A stretch of 64,000 bases of DNA from assembly GCF_006345805.1 (NCBI RefSeq), contig NC_043005.1:18662001-18726000 (forward strand), given 5' to 3'. The stretch comes from Octopus sinensis (lineage: Eukaryota). Position 1 is the stretch's first letter. Each line of letters starts with the position of its first letter. Of the stretch, positions 36,826 to 49,411 are shown in pieces. Under the pieces are notes generated by a model. That model had not been told where the DNA came from, did no database searches, and saw only the letters and a list, made by a program, of their open reading frames with translations. A program made the translations under genes and the position numbers.

Positions 36826-37489
36826 TTACAAATACACACAAGCAGGCGAGATGTACGCTGATAATTAATAAACGATAATGACAGAAATATGAAATCTTGC
36901 GACCAAAACTGAAATGAGACAGGTGAACAAAGTTACACGTATAGTTATATACGCATGAATTCATACGGATAAAAAGTACACACATGCACATATAAGTATG
37001 TTTTAGGTCGTTGGACAGAGAAAAACGAAACATGAAAACGTACAGGTAGAAAGAGGATAAAACTTGACACTCCTGGGAATTGGAAAGTAACCGAAGTAAT
37101 AAATTAGCTGTCAGAAGAAAAATATATAGGAAGTGTACTAATCCGAGCCGGAGCACCAGACAACTAGCTAGTAGTAACATAAAGGAGTAATGTACAATCC
37201 AGAGTATGGTATGTTAGTTTAATAAAATTTAGCAAAAAATTCTACCAGGAAACATGATAATTACACTAAATAGAGTTAAAGTACGAACCTACGGACCTAC
37301 AGGCGATGTTCTTTACGAAATATCCACTAACTAAAACTAAGTAGGGAGTGACAGGAAGACAGGAATTTAAAAATATAAATCATGTCTTGTAGAAGAAGTA
37401 GGTGTTGCGTAATCTGTGTATGCATTTTCTAATGAGTTACCTAACAAGGGAATGTCATTTTTAAAGAGAAATTATCATTAACAACTAGC

Positions 37490-39262
37490 GAGAAGGTATT
37501 AATTAGTAATGCCAAATTTATGTTTATATCTCATAATAAATTCATCGAATCTAGTGATAACGTTGTCCTTTTTGTTAATTACCGTCATAATTACCACAAT
37601 GCATTCCGAGTATCTGTAATCATAATCAGTGTAGGGTTTCACATGATGAACCTACTGGCCATTATATATTGTAGTCAACTGAATCCGTTTCTAATTTCCA
37701 AATTAGTTTTAAAATGTACTACCAACTTTAGCTTCGAACTTAGTTATACTATGATTATGTATCTAAATTTGAAGTCATTTCAAGTAACAGCTTTGTAAAC
37801 GTATCTCTCCTGATTTGTAGTAACTACACCATTGATAAACAATGCCATTCATTAGGCACTTGTTATCTAATGGACAGAGGGAAGGACATTTACAATTATA
37901 CAATAAAACTGAGGGTGCAGGCAGGATGTAGTTCAGACCGTTGTGTTTAGGGCCGTTATCGCCCTTGCTATACACACCCCTTGTCTTATCAGCAGCACGA
38001 TTGGTAAACTCCTGATTGTTTTTAGTGATGTTGTTCTCCTCCAGAAGGATGGTTGTCGTGCGCAGGAATTACTCCACAATCACGCGCGTTTTGTTGAATG
38101 AAATGCAAAATGGACTTGGTGGAAATCAGTTAGTTCTCTAATTTGACAAGGGTTCTCGAGTTGTTGTGTATTCTGCGATATTGTGTACGATTCGAGTCAG
38201 CCTTAGTTCTGGTCGATAAGTCGTTTATTATTAATCCTACTTATAACATCAGTTATTATTATTAATCCTACGTATAACTTATTAGAGGTATGGGGCATAG
38301 GAACTTAAAGCAAAGAGGGTTTTAAATCTTCCTATACTTTGCTGGATGTATACTTCTCTAAAGCTGCAAAAAAACAATTTCGGTAGTTTACTGAGGGCGA
38401 AGAATGGCTGGAAGCAGATTACTTCCCTTTGTCTAGCATTCCTGCTTGCCACAGGAAAACCTCTCGATTGGGGTTTCAGGAAGTGAGTCCGGGCACAGCC
38501 CTAGTGACTAAGTGTACGGATGCGTCCTTCTTAGCCGATTCAGTGTGGAATTTATTTATAGACATAGCGTTATGAAAGTTGCGAGATTTCCGTAGCTTCT
38601 TAAAATTAGGTGTATAGTGGGTAAGTATTAGTGGTGTTTGGGCCAAGTAGAGCTGAAAAGAAACTACTTGAATTTGTACTAGATTGAGACTGCAGGCGCC
38701 GGGTCATGTGACCAACGATGCAGTCAGCAGGGAGAGAGACAATTAGTAACCCGCGCGGAGGAGTCAGGGTTGTCCTAAATGGGTATGGGAGACCCCCTTC
38801 GGTCATGAATGACCATGGGATTGCACCTAGAATGTTACCCTCTGAGGTACAGGTCCGGGCAAGGTTGTTTATGGAAGATCAGCAGTCGTCCATGCATACC
38901 ACCCTCTCCTCTCCACACAACTGATGTTATCCAAGGGAAAGGCAAAGGCCGATACAGCTTGGCGCTTGTGACGTCGCAACTCATTTCTACAGCTGAGTTA
39001 ACTGGAGCAACGTGAAATAAAGTGTCTTGCACAAGAACACAACACGCAGCCCGGTCCGAAAATAGAACTCACAACCTCACGATCGTAGTGAGCTCGATGC
39101 TCCAACCACTGAGCCATACGCCTTCACTAAATGGGTATACACTACGATATTATCAGTATACTCAGCTCTACTGAGCGGATCGTTATTGAAGTCTTTGTAT
39201 TGGTCGAAAATTTCTGTATCAGCGGACAGTGGAACGATACTATATAATATGCTGTCGACAAG
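37490..39262 (-). mobile_element. Degenerate Penelope-like element (RT thumb, linker and GIY-YIG), interrupted by SINE B
   Basis: Minus-strand pieces in the expected order: PLSADTEIFDQYKDFNNDPLSRAEY (compare LSxNEEIF...ALxxxGY), RQREVICFQPFF...FFAALEKY (compare RxRNIIWFNPPF), NCKCPSLCPLDNKCLMNGIVYQ (compare CNC...CPLDGxCL...VY) and NDFKFRY. Confidence 0.75.
38787..39127 (-). mobile_element. SINE head B + tail Y
   Basis: TSD taaatgggtat at 38776-38786 and 39128-39138. Confidence 0.92.
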
Positions 39263-39702
39263 AACATACATACATACATACATACATACATACATACATA
39301 CATACATACATACATACATACATACATACATACATAATGTAGAGAAGAAAGTAGGATGTTTTATATACTGTTACCTTTGGAGAATTGGAGAATTTAATAC
39401 ATTTGTAATGTATAAGATTTGTGGGGAAATCTTTGACTCAATGCCACACTACAGCTCGTGGTCAGTTAGAATACCCGATGGAGTAAATGTTTCCAAAATT
39501 AATCTTGTATGGATGGATGCAGTTTGGAGTTGTATGAGTTAAAAATGGTGCGCAATATGTTTTGTGAACCTTGCTCTAATGTATCTTTGTTCGTTTTCCA
39601 TTTTTATATTGTTGATGCTTTTTATTGTAGTCACGTGCACGGAACAACATGGTATCAGCCAAAGAAGCCGCTTGCAATAAAGTGGTTATGTAAACGTGGA
39701 AG

Positions 39703-40073
39703 GTGGAGGCGCAATGGCCCAGCGGTTAGGGCAGCGGACTCGCGGTCGTAGGATCGCGGTTTCGATTCCCAGACCGGGCGTTGTGAGTGTTTATTGAGCG
39801 AAAACACCTAAAGCTCCACGAGGCTCCGGCAGGGATGGTGGTGATCCCTGCTGTACTCTTTCACCACAACTTTCTCTCACTCTTACTTCCTGTTTCTGTT
39901 GTACCTGTATTTCAAAGGGCCGGCCTTGTCACGCTGAATATCCCCGAGAACTACGTTAAGGGTACACGTGTCTGTGGAGTGCTCAGCCACTTACACGTTA
40001 ATTTCACGAGCAGGCTGTTCCGTTGATTCGGATCAACCGGAACCCTCATCGTCGTAACCGACGGAGTGCTTTC
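39703..40073 (+). mobile_element. SINE head A + tail X
   Basis: TSD aaacgtg(g/t)aag at 39692-39702 and 40074-40084. Confidence 0.92.
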
Positions 40074-41565
40074 AAACGTGTAAGACGGGATAAGCGTGGT
40101 AAGGATTTCACAAAGATGGATATGTCTTTGTTTCCTTGTGTGTATGTAGGTGTTTTTTGTGTATGTGCTCCACGGTCACGTTTCCTTTTAGGAAGCTCCA
40201 TCAGTATGAACGTAGTCCATGTACTGTCCTTCTGTTTTACTCTTCTTCCCAAACGTCTTCCTTTCAACCTGATAACATGTTCCGTGGACCACTCTCATCT
40301 ACAATAGAATCTCTGACCTCAAACTACACGAATTAACTGACTTTCCATTGCATATCGCCTCTCCATTAGGTAACACTAATCACCTTCGACGAAAACTTAA
40401 GTAAATTCAAACGTTACATGCTTCCATGCTTTAGGTTCCATTTTCCAAAGCAAATTTTTAACACTTTACCAAATGTGCCTTAAAAAATTGGCTGATAATG
40501 CAAATCTGATTAAATTTATCCTTTTCCGAAGAAACCTGCTGTTCAAACTGATATACAGATAGCCATTCACTTGCATGGAAGCACATTCTCAAACACCACC
40601 TACATTAAACTATAAAAACAAACAAATAGATACACCGCTTCCAAACAAAACACACATATACACCTTTTTACATGTACACAGTGTAGCTCTTAGAATGATA
40701 TATTAAATTTATAAAAAACTGAATTCTTAATTTACATCATGGATTAAGTACTTTATTACTCCTACGTGTGTATAACATAACACCCCAATGTGTGTGTGTG
40801 CGCGCGCGCGTATGTGCGTATGCATACATATTCCCAATCACATGCGTTATATACTTCAAACAGTTCAGATTTCTCTTGGTGATCCTGATCGTATCTAACT
40901 TAATAGCAACACCTGATTAATGAATGTTTGATATTTGATATGCAATACTAGCTTGATAAAACAACATAAGCCCTGGCCATCTCCATTATTTATTCAAACA
41001 TGTTCAAACATGGAGATATTAATTTAACGAAACATATAACCGTACGTTGACTTCATGCGAGTTATTGCTTGGAGATATTTTACCGATATGAAATTAGATA
41101 AAATCGGTAGATGATGGTGCTACTAAACATTTAAAGCATTTTATATGAAATTAGTCGGTGAGTCTCGTCACAGTCTCTTGATCTGCTAGAAATAACCAAT
41201 AAATAGTTATAGTATACTTTTGTAAAAATGGATGCACACACTCGTTAATATAGTTCTAGATACACTATGACTGAAACGATTATCATCATGCTCACAGCTA
41301 GAATATATCATATATCTGTTTAGAATTATACACGAGTTTAAGCTCTGATATTCTCTGTTCAAATATACTCAACTCTGGACCGGATCCTGTTGAACTGTAG
41401 CACCGCCTTCCTTCAGCAAATAAGAGTATGTTCCCTCCGACTTGTAGCAATGACGCTGTAAGTGAAATGATAGACGTTGTTGAAATGTTTGCGGTCAGAA
41501 TTGTCTTAGAAATTGTGTTGAACTTTTTTTATCTGTTTTTCTTCCATTTGTTTTCCTTAATAATA

Positions 41566-41746
41566 ATGGTCAGTGGCAAGAGAGGAAGAGGCCTACCAAG
41601 AACCCGCTGGCTTGACACCATCAAGAGTGATACCGGAATGGACATAGCCAATCTGAAAGAAGCGGCCCAGGATAGAACTGACTGGAGGACACTGAACCAA
41701 CGAGTGACCGAGAGTCGACTTCGACTGAGCGGTTAGAGAGAGAGAG
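41566..41746 (+). mobile_element. RTE/BovB-like LINE 3' end
   Basis: MVSGKRGRGLPRTRWLDTIKSDTGMDIANLKEAAQDRTDWRTLNQRVTESRLRLSG* followed by a (GA)n tail; matches the RTE GKRxRGRxxxRWLD...DRxxWR...SRxRL terminus. Confidence 0.85.
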
Positions 41747-42829
41747 AATATTTCTGTTAGTCTCGTTTTCATATCTGCTAGCGATTGGAAAGTACAGGCT
41801 TAATCACGTCGAAATACTTACTGGGAGAATTGCCCTAATCTATAAAACTGTGGGAGTATAATATTTAAACATATTGTTGGTTAAACGGAGGATTGAATCA
41901 TATGCGAGAAACATACCCACACACAGACAGGCGCACGCCTATAAAAACAATTGTAAAATATACAGCAAGATGTGTTTATACAAAGACTACTTGTACAGGA
42001 AAGAGCAAAAACACAGCTGTTAAGTATCAAGATTAATATGTTGCTGTTATGGAGAATAATGACTGGAGAATATAAAGGTGAGTACTAGAAAGGACTCACA
42101 TTCCACATCTCTTTGTGAATTCTCTCTCTCTCTTTCACTCTCTCTCATTTCAGTAGCTTTTGTATTTGTTCTTGTCACTTCGTTACAAAACGTAAAACAG
42201 TTATCAGATTATTTAATCTCGTTTTAATTAAAATGGCTTCTAAGATACATTTTTGTCCATTTAACGGTCACTATGAGAGGAGTGAGAAGCAGGGGCGGGG
42301 ATGGAAATAGGAGTAGAAAAATATTCGTCATTTAATTGCTTCGGAATAATTTCCTGTTATATTGAGAATCTGTGTCGTCATTGTACATGTTGATGTTGTT
42401 ATGAATGTATTAGATTGTTGGGTTTGTTGATGATAATGATGGTGCTGCTGCTGATGATGATGATGACAACAGTGTTCCTTTTGTTGTTGTTCTGATATTT
42501 TATATATGTTTCTTTTATGATATTGTATCCAATGCTGTTGTTCTTTTGTTACCGATATTATTGTTGATGAAGCAGTAATTGTTGTCGATGATGCTGCTGT
42601 TGGTGTAAGCGCCAAAGCAAATTAAATACGCTGCAGTATTAAATACAGTATTCCTAAAAACAATACAACATGACTGCAAAGACTAGAAACTCTTTTCACG
42701 TAGATTGACCAAAGACTAATAACAACGACAATAACAACAACAACAACAATGATAATAATAATAATTATAGCAGTAGTAGTAGTAGTAGTAGTAGTAGCAG
42801 TGGTGGTGGTGGTGGTGGTGGTGGTGGTG

Positions 42830-42904
<75 letters not shown>

Positions 42905-42931
42905 CAGCAATACTAATAATAAATGCCATGA

Positions 42932-43468
42932 GGCAGTGGCTCTCGTGGCTTCTGATCTTAACTGATTGGAAGTGTTATCATGTACATTGTTTTGTCTTGG
43001 TATAAAAGATGGGCTACAGCAAATATTCTGCTCAGTACCACAGATTTGCTTGTCAGTTGTTTGACCATAACCAGTTGAGCATGTCCCTTAGTGGCTGACG
43101 ATATGTGCATCTCTAATCTCGAGCAGAAGTAGTGGGGGAGCATCATAGCCGTGTGTCGAAAGGAATTCTTGGAGGTTTGGATAATTCACCTTTGGAAACA
43201 TGGGTGGTTCGTTCGACACCTTTAAACAATCCTTATTCAGGAACATTTTGAGCGGGATGGGCTACTCGACCAGAAGAAAAATTCTAACTGGGCCCCACCT
43301 GCAAGGTCATGCACTGTTTATTTTGATATGAGATCACCATGTCGCGCACACATGGTTGTGATGAATGTGCCTAGTGTAACCTTATCAGACGGGTAGTCAT
43401 GATGGGTATACCCAGCTTCGTATATATTACCCAGTGTCACTTTGATGGCATGCACTGCTCTCCCACTC
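42932..43468 (+). mobile_element. Family E retroelement, second copy, (TAA)n tail
   Basis: Reverse complement of 4250-4778. Confidence 0.85.
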
Positions 43469-43560
43469 AATAATAATAATAATAATAATAATAATGATGA
43501 TGATGATGATAATAATAATAATAATGATAATAATAATAACAACAATAATGATAATAATAA

Positions 43561-43928
43561 GTAAATATAAGGACCTGGGAATTGAAATACAAAAGATGCG
43601 GCATCTTAAAGTGAGAACTGTTCCTGTTATTGTTATGTATGATAAAAAAAAGGATGTCAGAAACATCTAGATAATATCTCGAGAGAACCATGTCTCAGAG
43701 ATATCCAAAAGATTGCGCTGACAAGTGCTGCTCACATCCTTAGAAAAACCGTATCAATTTAAATGTCTGTGTTGTATTACATGATGATATTTTTCTACTG
43801 TCCCTGCCACTTCTCCTCCCCAAGCTGTCAGTCATACTGTGAAATCTTTTCTCTTTCACTCGCCTCAGGATGCTGGGTGTGCCTCGCCAAGAGATTGTAA
43901 CAAATATGCAGATTAAAAGTAAAAAAAA
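43561..43928 (+). mobile_element. R4/Dong-like RLE retrotransposon 3' end in (TAA)n, second subfamily
   Basis: SKYKDLGIEIQKMRHLKVRTVPVIV, then a frameshift to KGCQKHLDNI..DIQKIALTSAAHILRKTVSI*. (TAA)n on both sides. Confidence 0.75.
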
Positions 43929-43940
43929 ATAATAATAATA

Positions 43941-44002
<62 letters not shown>

Positions 44003-44003
<1 letters not shown>

Positions 44004-44217
44004 TTTCTAATTTGAGCATAAGCCTAGCAATTTTAAAGGGAAGGGTTAGTCGATTACATCGACCCAAAGTGCTCAACCAGTACTTATTTTATCGACCCTG
44101 AAAGGATGAAAGGCAAAGTCGACTTCGGCCAATTTTGCACCCAGGACGGAAAAATGAACGAAATGCCGCTAAGCATATTGTCGGTGGTGCTAATGGGTTT
44201 GCTAACTCGCCGCCTTA
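44003..44217 (-). mobile_element. SINE D-like, short-tail variant
   Basis: tacttattttatcgaccctgaaaggatgaaaggcaaagtcgac...ctcgccgcctt. Confidence 0.8.
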
Positions 44218-44740
44218 TTGCTATTAATGTTATCATTTTAAAGATAATTACAGATTGTTTTTTAGTAACGCATTCCCAATAGTGGATTTCTCAGTCTCAG
44301 AAATCTAGAAATGTAATAATAATCATCTGACCTAAATTCTTCCAGAATAAAAGCAAAGCAGCACAATACCTCCTCCTCACACACACAGATCCATAAATAT
44401 ATATATACATATATATATATAAATTTAAATTCGATATTAATTTAATTAATATCAATTTCACACCAGTAGTCTAGCATATGAAAAAAAATGAATGTTCAGT
44501 AAAATTGCATTATATACTTATGAGGGAGAAACCACTATGTGGATGCGCTTATGCTAGAAATAGATCCGCTATGGTCTTACCAATCAAGAAATGTCCTCAA
44601 GAAATAAATTCAGCAAATAACCAAAGAGAAAGACAAAAGAAAAGTAATAAAATTATGGATTATTCACATACATGTTTCACTATCAACATATTACGTAACT
44701 CAACTTTCGCAATATGTCCGTAGATCTTCGGTTTGACAGT

Positions 44741-44917
44741 CCAACCGATACTGGTGTGTTTATGTCCCCGTAACCTAGCGGTTCGGCAAAACAGAACGAT
44801 AGAATAAGGACTAGGCTTACAAGGAATTAGTCCTGGGGTCGATTTGTTCAACTAAAAACGGTGTTCCAGCATGGCCGCAGTCAAATGACTGAAACAAATA
44901 AAAGAGTAAAAGAGTAA
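44741..44917 (+). mobile_element. SINE C 3' half
   Basis: Matches 12785-12970. Confidence 0.85.
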
Positions 44918-44942
44918 ATATATATATATATATTTAATTAAG

Positions 44943-45495
44943 GATAAAATTTTTCGAAAGAAATTTTATCAATGGACAGCATATTAAAAAATACCTTTAA
45001 AGGTTAAATTTATAAAAAAACTTATAAGTAAGGGCAAAAGAAAAAATTTCTAATGCCAAAATATGCCGAAGATAGACACAACGTCAATAACCATGTAATT
45101 TATCACTACAAGCACGCGTTTCGAAGAAAGCCGACAGAAATTTCTAAAAAATCCCGTTATTACCATATCGGACCGATTTCAGAGTTGGTTCATAAGAACC
45201 TTCCCTTCATCAGTGATAAATACGGCAAATAAATAAGTGAAATGCTTACTTATACCCACGGACAAAGCGAGCACTAAGCCATGAGAACAATTAAGCACCC
45301 CAAATATATCCAAAATAGAAACTCTTTAGCCCATCTCGAGACATGTGCGATTCGAACTGAAAAACTCTCGTAAAGTGAGAGAGTCGGGAAGTGAACACTA
45401 TTAAATTAACATCTAATTTAGAATAAAATTTTTCGAAAAAAATTTTATCAATGGCCAGCATATTAAAAAAACCTTTAAAGGTTAAATTTATAAAC
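44943..45495 (-). mobile_element. Possible Penelope pseudo-LTR segment: 75-bp direct repeats 480 bp apart enclosing a hammerhead-like motif
   Basis: ataaaatttt..tatcaatgg(a/c)cagcatattaaaaaa..cctttaaaggttaaatttataaa at about 44943 and 45423. CTGATGA...GAAAC on the minus strand at 45098-45221. Confidence 0.5.
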
Positions 45496-47619
45496 AATTT
45501 ATAAATATATATATATAAATATAGTTACAAATTGAGATAGGGGCTGTAAATGCAACCCACCATGGGATACCATATATCCAATATACTGCTAGTGAGGTAC
45601 CCAACAAAGTTAATACATAATACATATAATGTTTAACCTTATAGTTTCTTATGTAGTGGTTTAATAAAGTATATGATTAAGTATTATCAGGTAATTGATA
45701 TTTGATTTCGATGTATTTCTCCATTTTCTTATTTTGTATTATATATAAATATATATATAAATATAAATTAGAAATATTGTAGTCAACAGGTGGGTAGTTT
45801 CGTAATTTTCCTTGGTTTGTGATTTTGATTTCTTCATTGTATATATTGTCTTGTACCCTATTTGGCATAACATTTGCGTAATAACAGCTAAAACTAGCGT
45901 GACTAGTTGAAAAAAGTGACAAGAGATGGAAACTCCGGTGCAAAAGGCCACTGGCTCGGCTTAAATAGATTACTGTATTATCTCATTGACTACTCCTTTG
46001 GATCCTTACCAAACTGGTGCATATGTGTGTGCACGAGTGTGTGTGTGTGTTTGTATCTATATCTATAGATACATACACACTTACACACATACTTTCTATA
46101 TATATATATAACGTTTTCTCATAAGCACAAAAGTCAAAAACGCCGAGTGCCCTGGATGTCCGATGCAGTTTCAGCGAAACAAAAGTCGATTGAAGATCAT
46201 CGTCTGTTTATTATGAACGAAACCTTATGGGAGAAATACGACTGCATTCAAAAATGTTCTGCATGATATTATTTACACGTATGGAATCTATCAACTGAAT
46301 TATACTAAAGGCAAAATAGATCTCTATGCGCATGCTCTAGCAAACCAACTGTCCTTCCTGCTATGGTAAACTGTCAATAAAATTACTGCCAAGAAAATGT
46401 CAATATGTTGAAACTGAAAGCTATAAATATTCAGTAACACCTACGCAACTATAAAAAACATTTCGAGAAGCTTATTCTTATCTCCCAGGATTTACAGATA
46501 GACCAGCATAAAGTGCTATTAAATGTCACCTTGACATAGAAGTTGATTATTTCTCATTAAATCATTAATGAAATCATTAATAAACAGATATTTTAAATGA
46601 ACTCAACTCAGCTGCTATAACATGCTTGGTCATGAGATGACATTCAATATTGTCCTCCAATGTAATACAGTATATAAACCTGATTTAGAAATGATTGGAA
46701 TGTTGTATCCTTCCGCTCTGAAAGAAAAATAATTGACTTATATCTAAATATTTCAGGGAGATGATCCTTAGTACAGAAATAGCAGCTACAATCTACAAAT
46801 GTTTGTTGAACTTTAAACAAACAGAAGTTCTTATGAGAAAACCAAAACGAGCACAGACATTCGGAAAACGTACTGCAAATCATTTTCTCCTGTTCCGAAG
46901 GGTTTCAATATTGTTGTTTCTAATAATAACTTCTCTTTAAGATTGGTTCCTGTAATATCTTAAACACTGTTTTGTTTCTGTAGATTACTGCACTACATAA
47001 TGCCTCTTCTAATAGCACAAACTTTAGGCACATTTTGAAAAGTGCACTCACACACTACCATCATTGAACGCCGACCATTCAAGAACCGATGGAGTATATA
47101 ATATGTGGTCGTTAGGCCTTCTAATAACAGCAACAAGATATTTTCATCGCAGCGTGCTACTGTGGAGAAAACATATTAAATACGGTTTCCGCGTGCAGTG
47201 TGTTGGAGAAACAGCAAACAAGACGGTGATGGATGAAATGTTTTAGGTAACATGTTTTCTGCATCGGAGCTAAATTGTGGCAATAAATAAAAGTTGACAG
47301 ATACAATTTTCTCTCCATATCTTTTCTACATCTCATGCAGTTTCCTTCATCTCCGTTCTCTCTCTATTCACCTCACCACAACCAACCCGTTTCTTTAATT
47401 GTCGCATCCCTGCATAAAATATTCTGTAATTCTATCCTCAACCACTTTTTCCTTGCATATATCAAGCTACACCCTGAACATATAGAATTTCCATCCACCA
47501 GTCGAAGAAAATCCAGTTTAATGGGTTTTCCCTTCACTATCATTTAAAAATAAACGCTCTTTGGAATAGCAAGCGTTTAAATCTTTATGTTGCATTCTTG
47601 TTTAAAATAATCCTTTCTT

Positions 47620-47915
47620 CTATAGACACAACGCCTAAAAATTTATGGGAGGGGGCCAGTTGATTTGATCTACAACGAGTATGCAACTGGTACTTAATTT
47701 ATCGACCCTGAAAAGATGAAAGTCAAAGTCGATCTCGGCGGAATTTGATCTCAGAACGTAGCAGCAGACAAAATACAATTAAGCATTTCGGCCAGCGCGC
47801 TAATGATTCTTATTTCTTTATTGCCCACAAGGGGCTAAACATAGAGGGGACAAACAAGGACAGACAAAGGGGTTAAGTCGATTATATCGACCCCAGTGCG
47901 TAACTGGTACTTATT
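47620..47915 (-). mobile_element. SINE D-like copy abutting a SINE D tail
   Basis: 47620-47811 is an older D-like copy. 47812-47915 is a D tail whose head lies at 49325-49411. Confidence 0.8.
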
Positions 47916-49324
47916 GCGGACCTATAACTTTGGGTGCATAAATTGCAACCAGCCTGATTGTCTTGCCACAACTGAAACTCAGGTTGAGAACGACCAGCCT
48001 GCCTTCTAGATTACCTTCGAGGTAACCCGGTTTCTTTTTAGTAGGACCAACACACCACCCCCACCATCCGCCCGACTCGGAGAAACGTATTTCTCGTAGC
48101 CGTTTAGGACGGGGAGCAGATCTCTTGGCCCCTTCACCCGGGTTCCCGTTGCAACAATTACATCCAAATTTCTTGACCTGATACCATATATGAAGCGCTC
48201 TTGCTTCCAACTCGACATCAGGCCACGGACATTTACACAACCAATATGAATAGACGTGCCTTACCTTTTAGAGGGACTCTCCACCTTTTCTTGACTTAGG
48301 ATCGGAGGTGGCAAGCCTTCAAGTATAGATTTATGAAAATCAAATCTCAATGCTGAGACCGATTTTCTATATGTGTTAAACAAGAGGTTATATGTTTTTT
48401 TGTCCAATTCGTAAAATTCATAGTTTTTATATATTCATCTGATACTTCGATTAGCCTGGCGGCTGATTTTTTTGTTTTTATATCACGCATTAAGTCCTTG
48501 CTTTTGCTGTGTAGTGCAGCTATCCCGCAGTTCGTCTCCCCCTCTGCCATCCTCGGTCTGTCTCCCTTGGCTGTATTTTTTGGTCTCGGCTCGCTCTGCT
48601 TTTGCTGGTTCAAGCCTTCCATTTTCCTTTTGTTGTTTATTTTTTCTTTAGTTTCTTTCTCTCTCTCTTTCATCTTCCGATTCTTCTTCATCTTTTTTAC
48701 AATATTTTTAATGTGACCCAGTTGTCCCCTCAACAGAAATATTTAGAACTTACTCCCCTACTTCTAATATTTCTGGGAGCTGTTCTAAAATTTTTGGTCA
48801 GCCAGCATTATCAGGTTGAGCGTTTGTCCAGTCCAATATGTATTCTCTGTGACGGTAGCCTGCACGAGGTTAATATTATCCTCCCTGTTTACCAGGACTG
48901 CCGCCATCAAGCACATAGGAAATACTCCGGGTGGAATTCTTGGTATTCTATACTTTTATGTTCTCATTCCCAAGTAAATTGGGATTAATATTGTGTCTTC
49001 CGACTCTAATGATTTTACAGTGTTGTTATGCCGTTTCTGCGTTCTTGAACCTCACCACGATGGTACCAAACTTCTTCCTTCTGGCTAGATATGTAATGTC
49101 CTGCCAGATGGGTTTTAAACATTTTTCAATTTTTTGCTCGCGTATCTTTTCAATTCTTCGAGCTTTTAAGCAGAATATTTTTAAAATAATAATTTTCCTT
49201 TTTTAACTCCGTTAATTCTTCTGGAATTTACACTTTTACTATTCCATCTCGTTCTGTTAACATTTCTTTGTATTTTAATAATTCTTTTTTGTCAGTTGAT
49301 AGCTGTCGCCTTCCACTACCAGCT
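47916..49324 (-). mobile_element. L1/Tx1-clade LINE fragment (ORF1 remnant + N-terminus of the APE endonuclease)
   Basis: KQERFIYGIRSRNLDVIVATGTRV..GYEKYVSP..GGGGVLVLLKR and EGRLVVLNLS..KTIRLVAIYAP form an APE endonuclease N-terminus. Upstream VEG..GQLGHIK looks like a decayed zinc knuckle. Frameshifts and stops present. Confidence 0.8.
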
Positions 49325-49411
49325 GCGGAATTTGAACTCAGAACGTAGCGGCAGACGAAATACCGCTAAGCATTCCGCCCGGCGTGCTAACGTTTCTGCC
49401 AGTTCACTGCC
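49325..49411 (-). mobile_element. SINE D head
   Basis: gcggaatttgaactcagaacgtagcggcagacgaaatacc...gtttctgccagttcactgcc. Confidence 0.85.

Noticed and set aside
46110-46560. Possible highly decayed mariner; also Tc1-like traces at about 57100-57600 and 27934-28138, and a CR1-like trace at about 40200-40500
   Set aside because: Motifs are too degraded to support without alignment. Only a single TIR-like end (ccacccctgta, tacaggatg) is visible for the Tc1-like traces.
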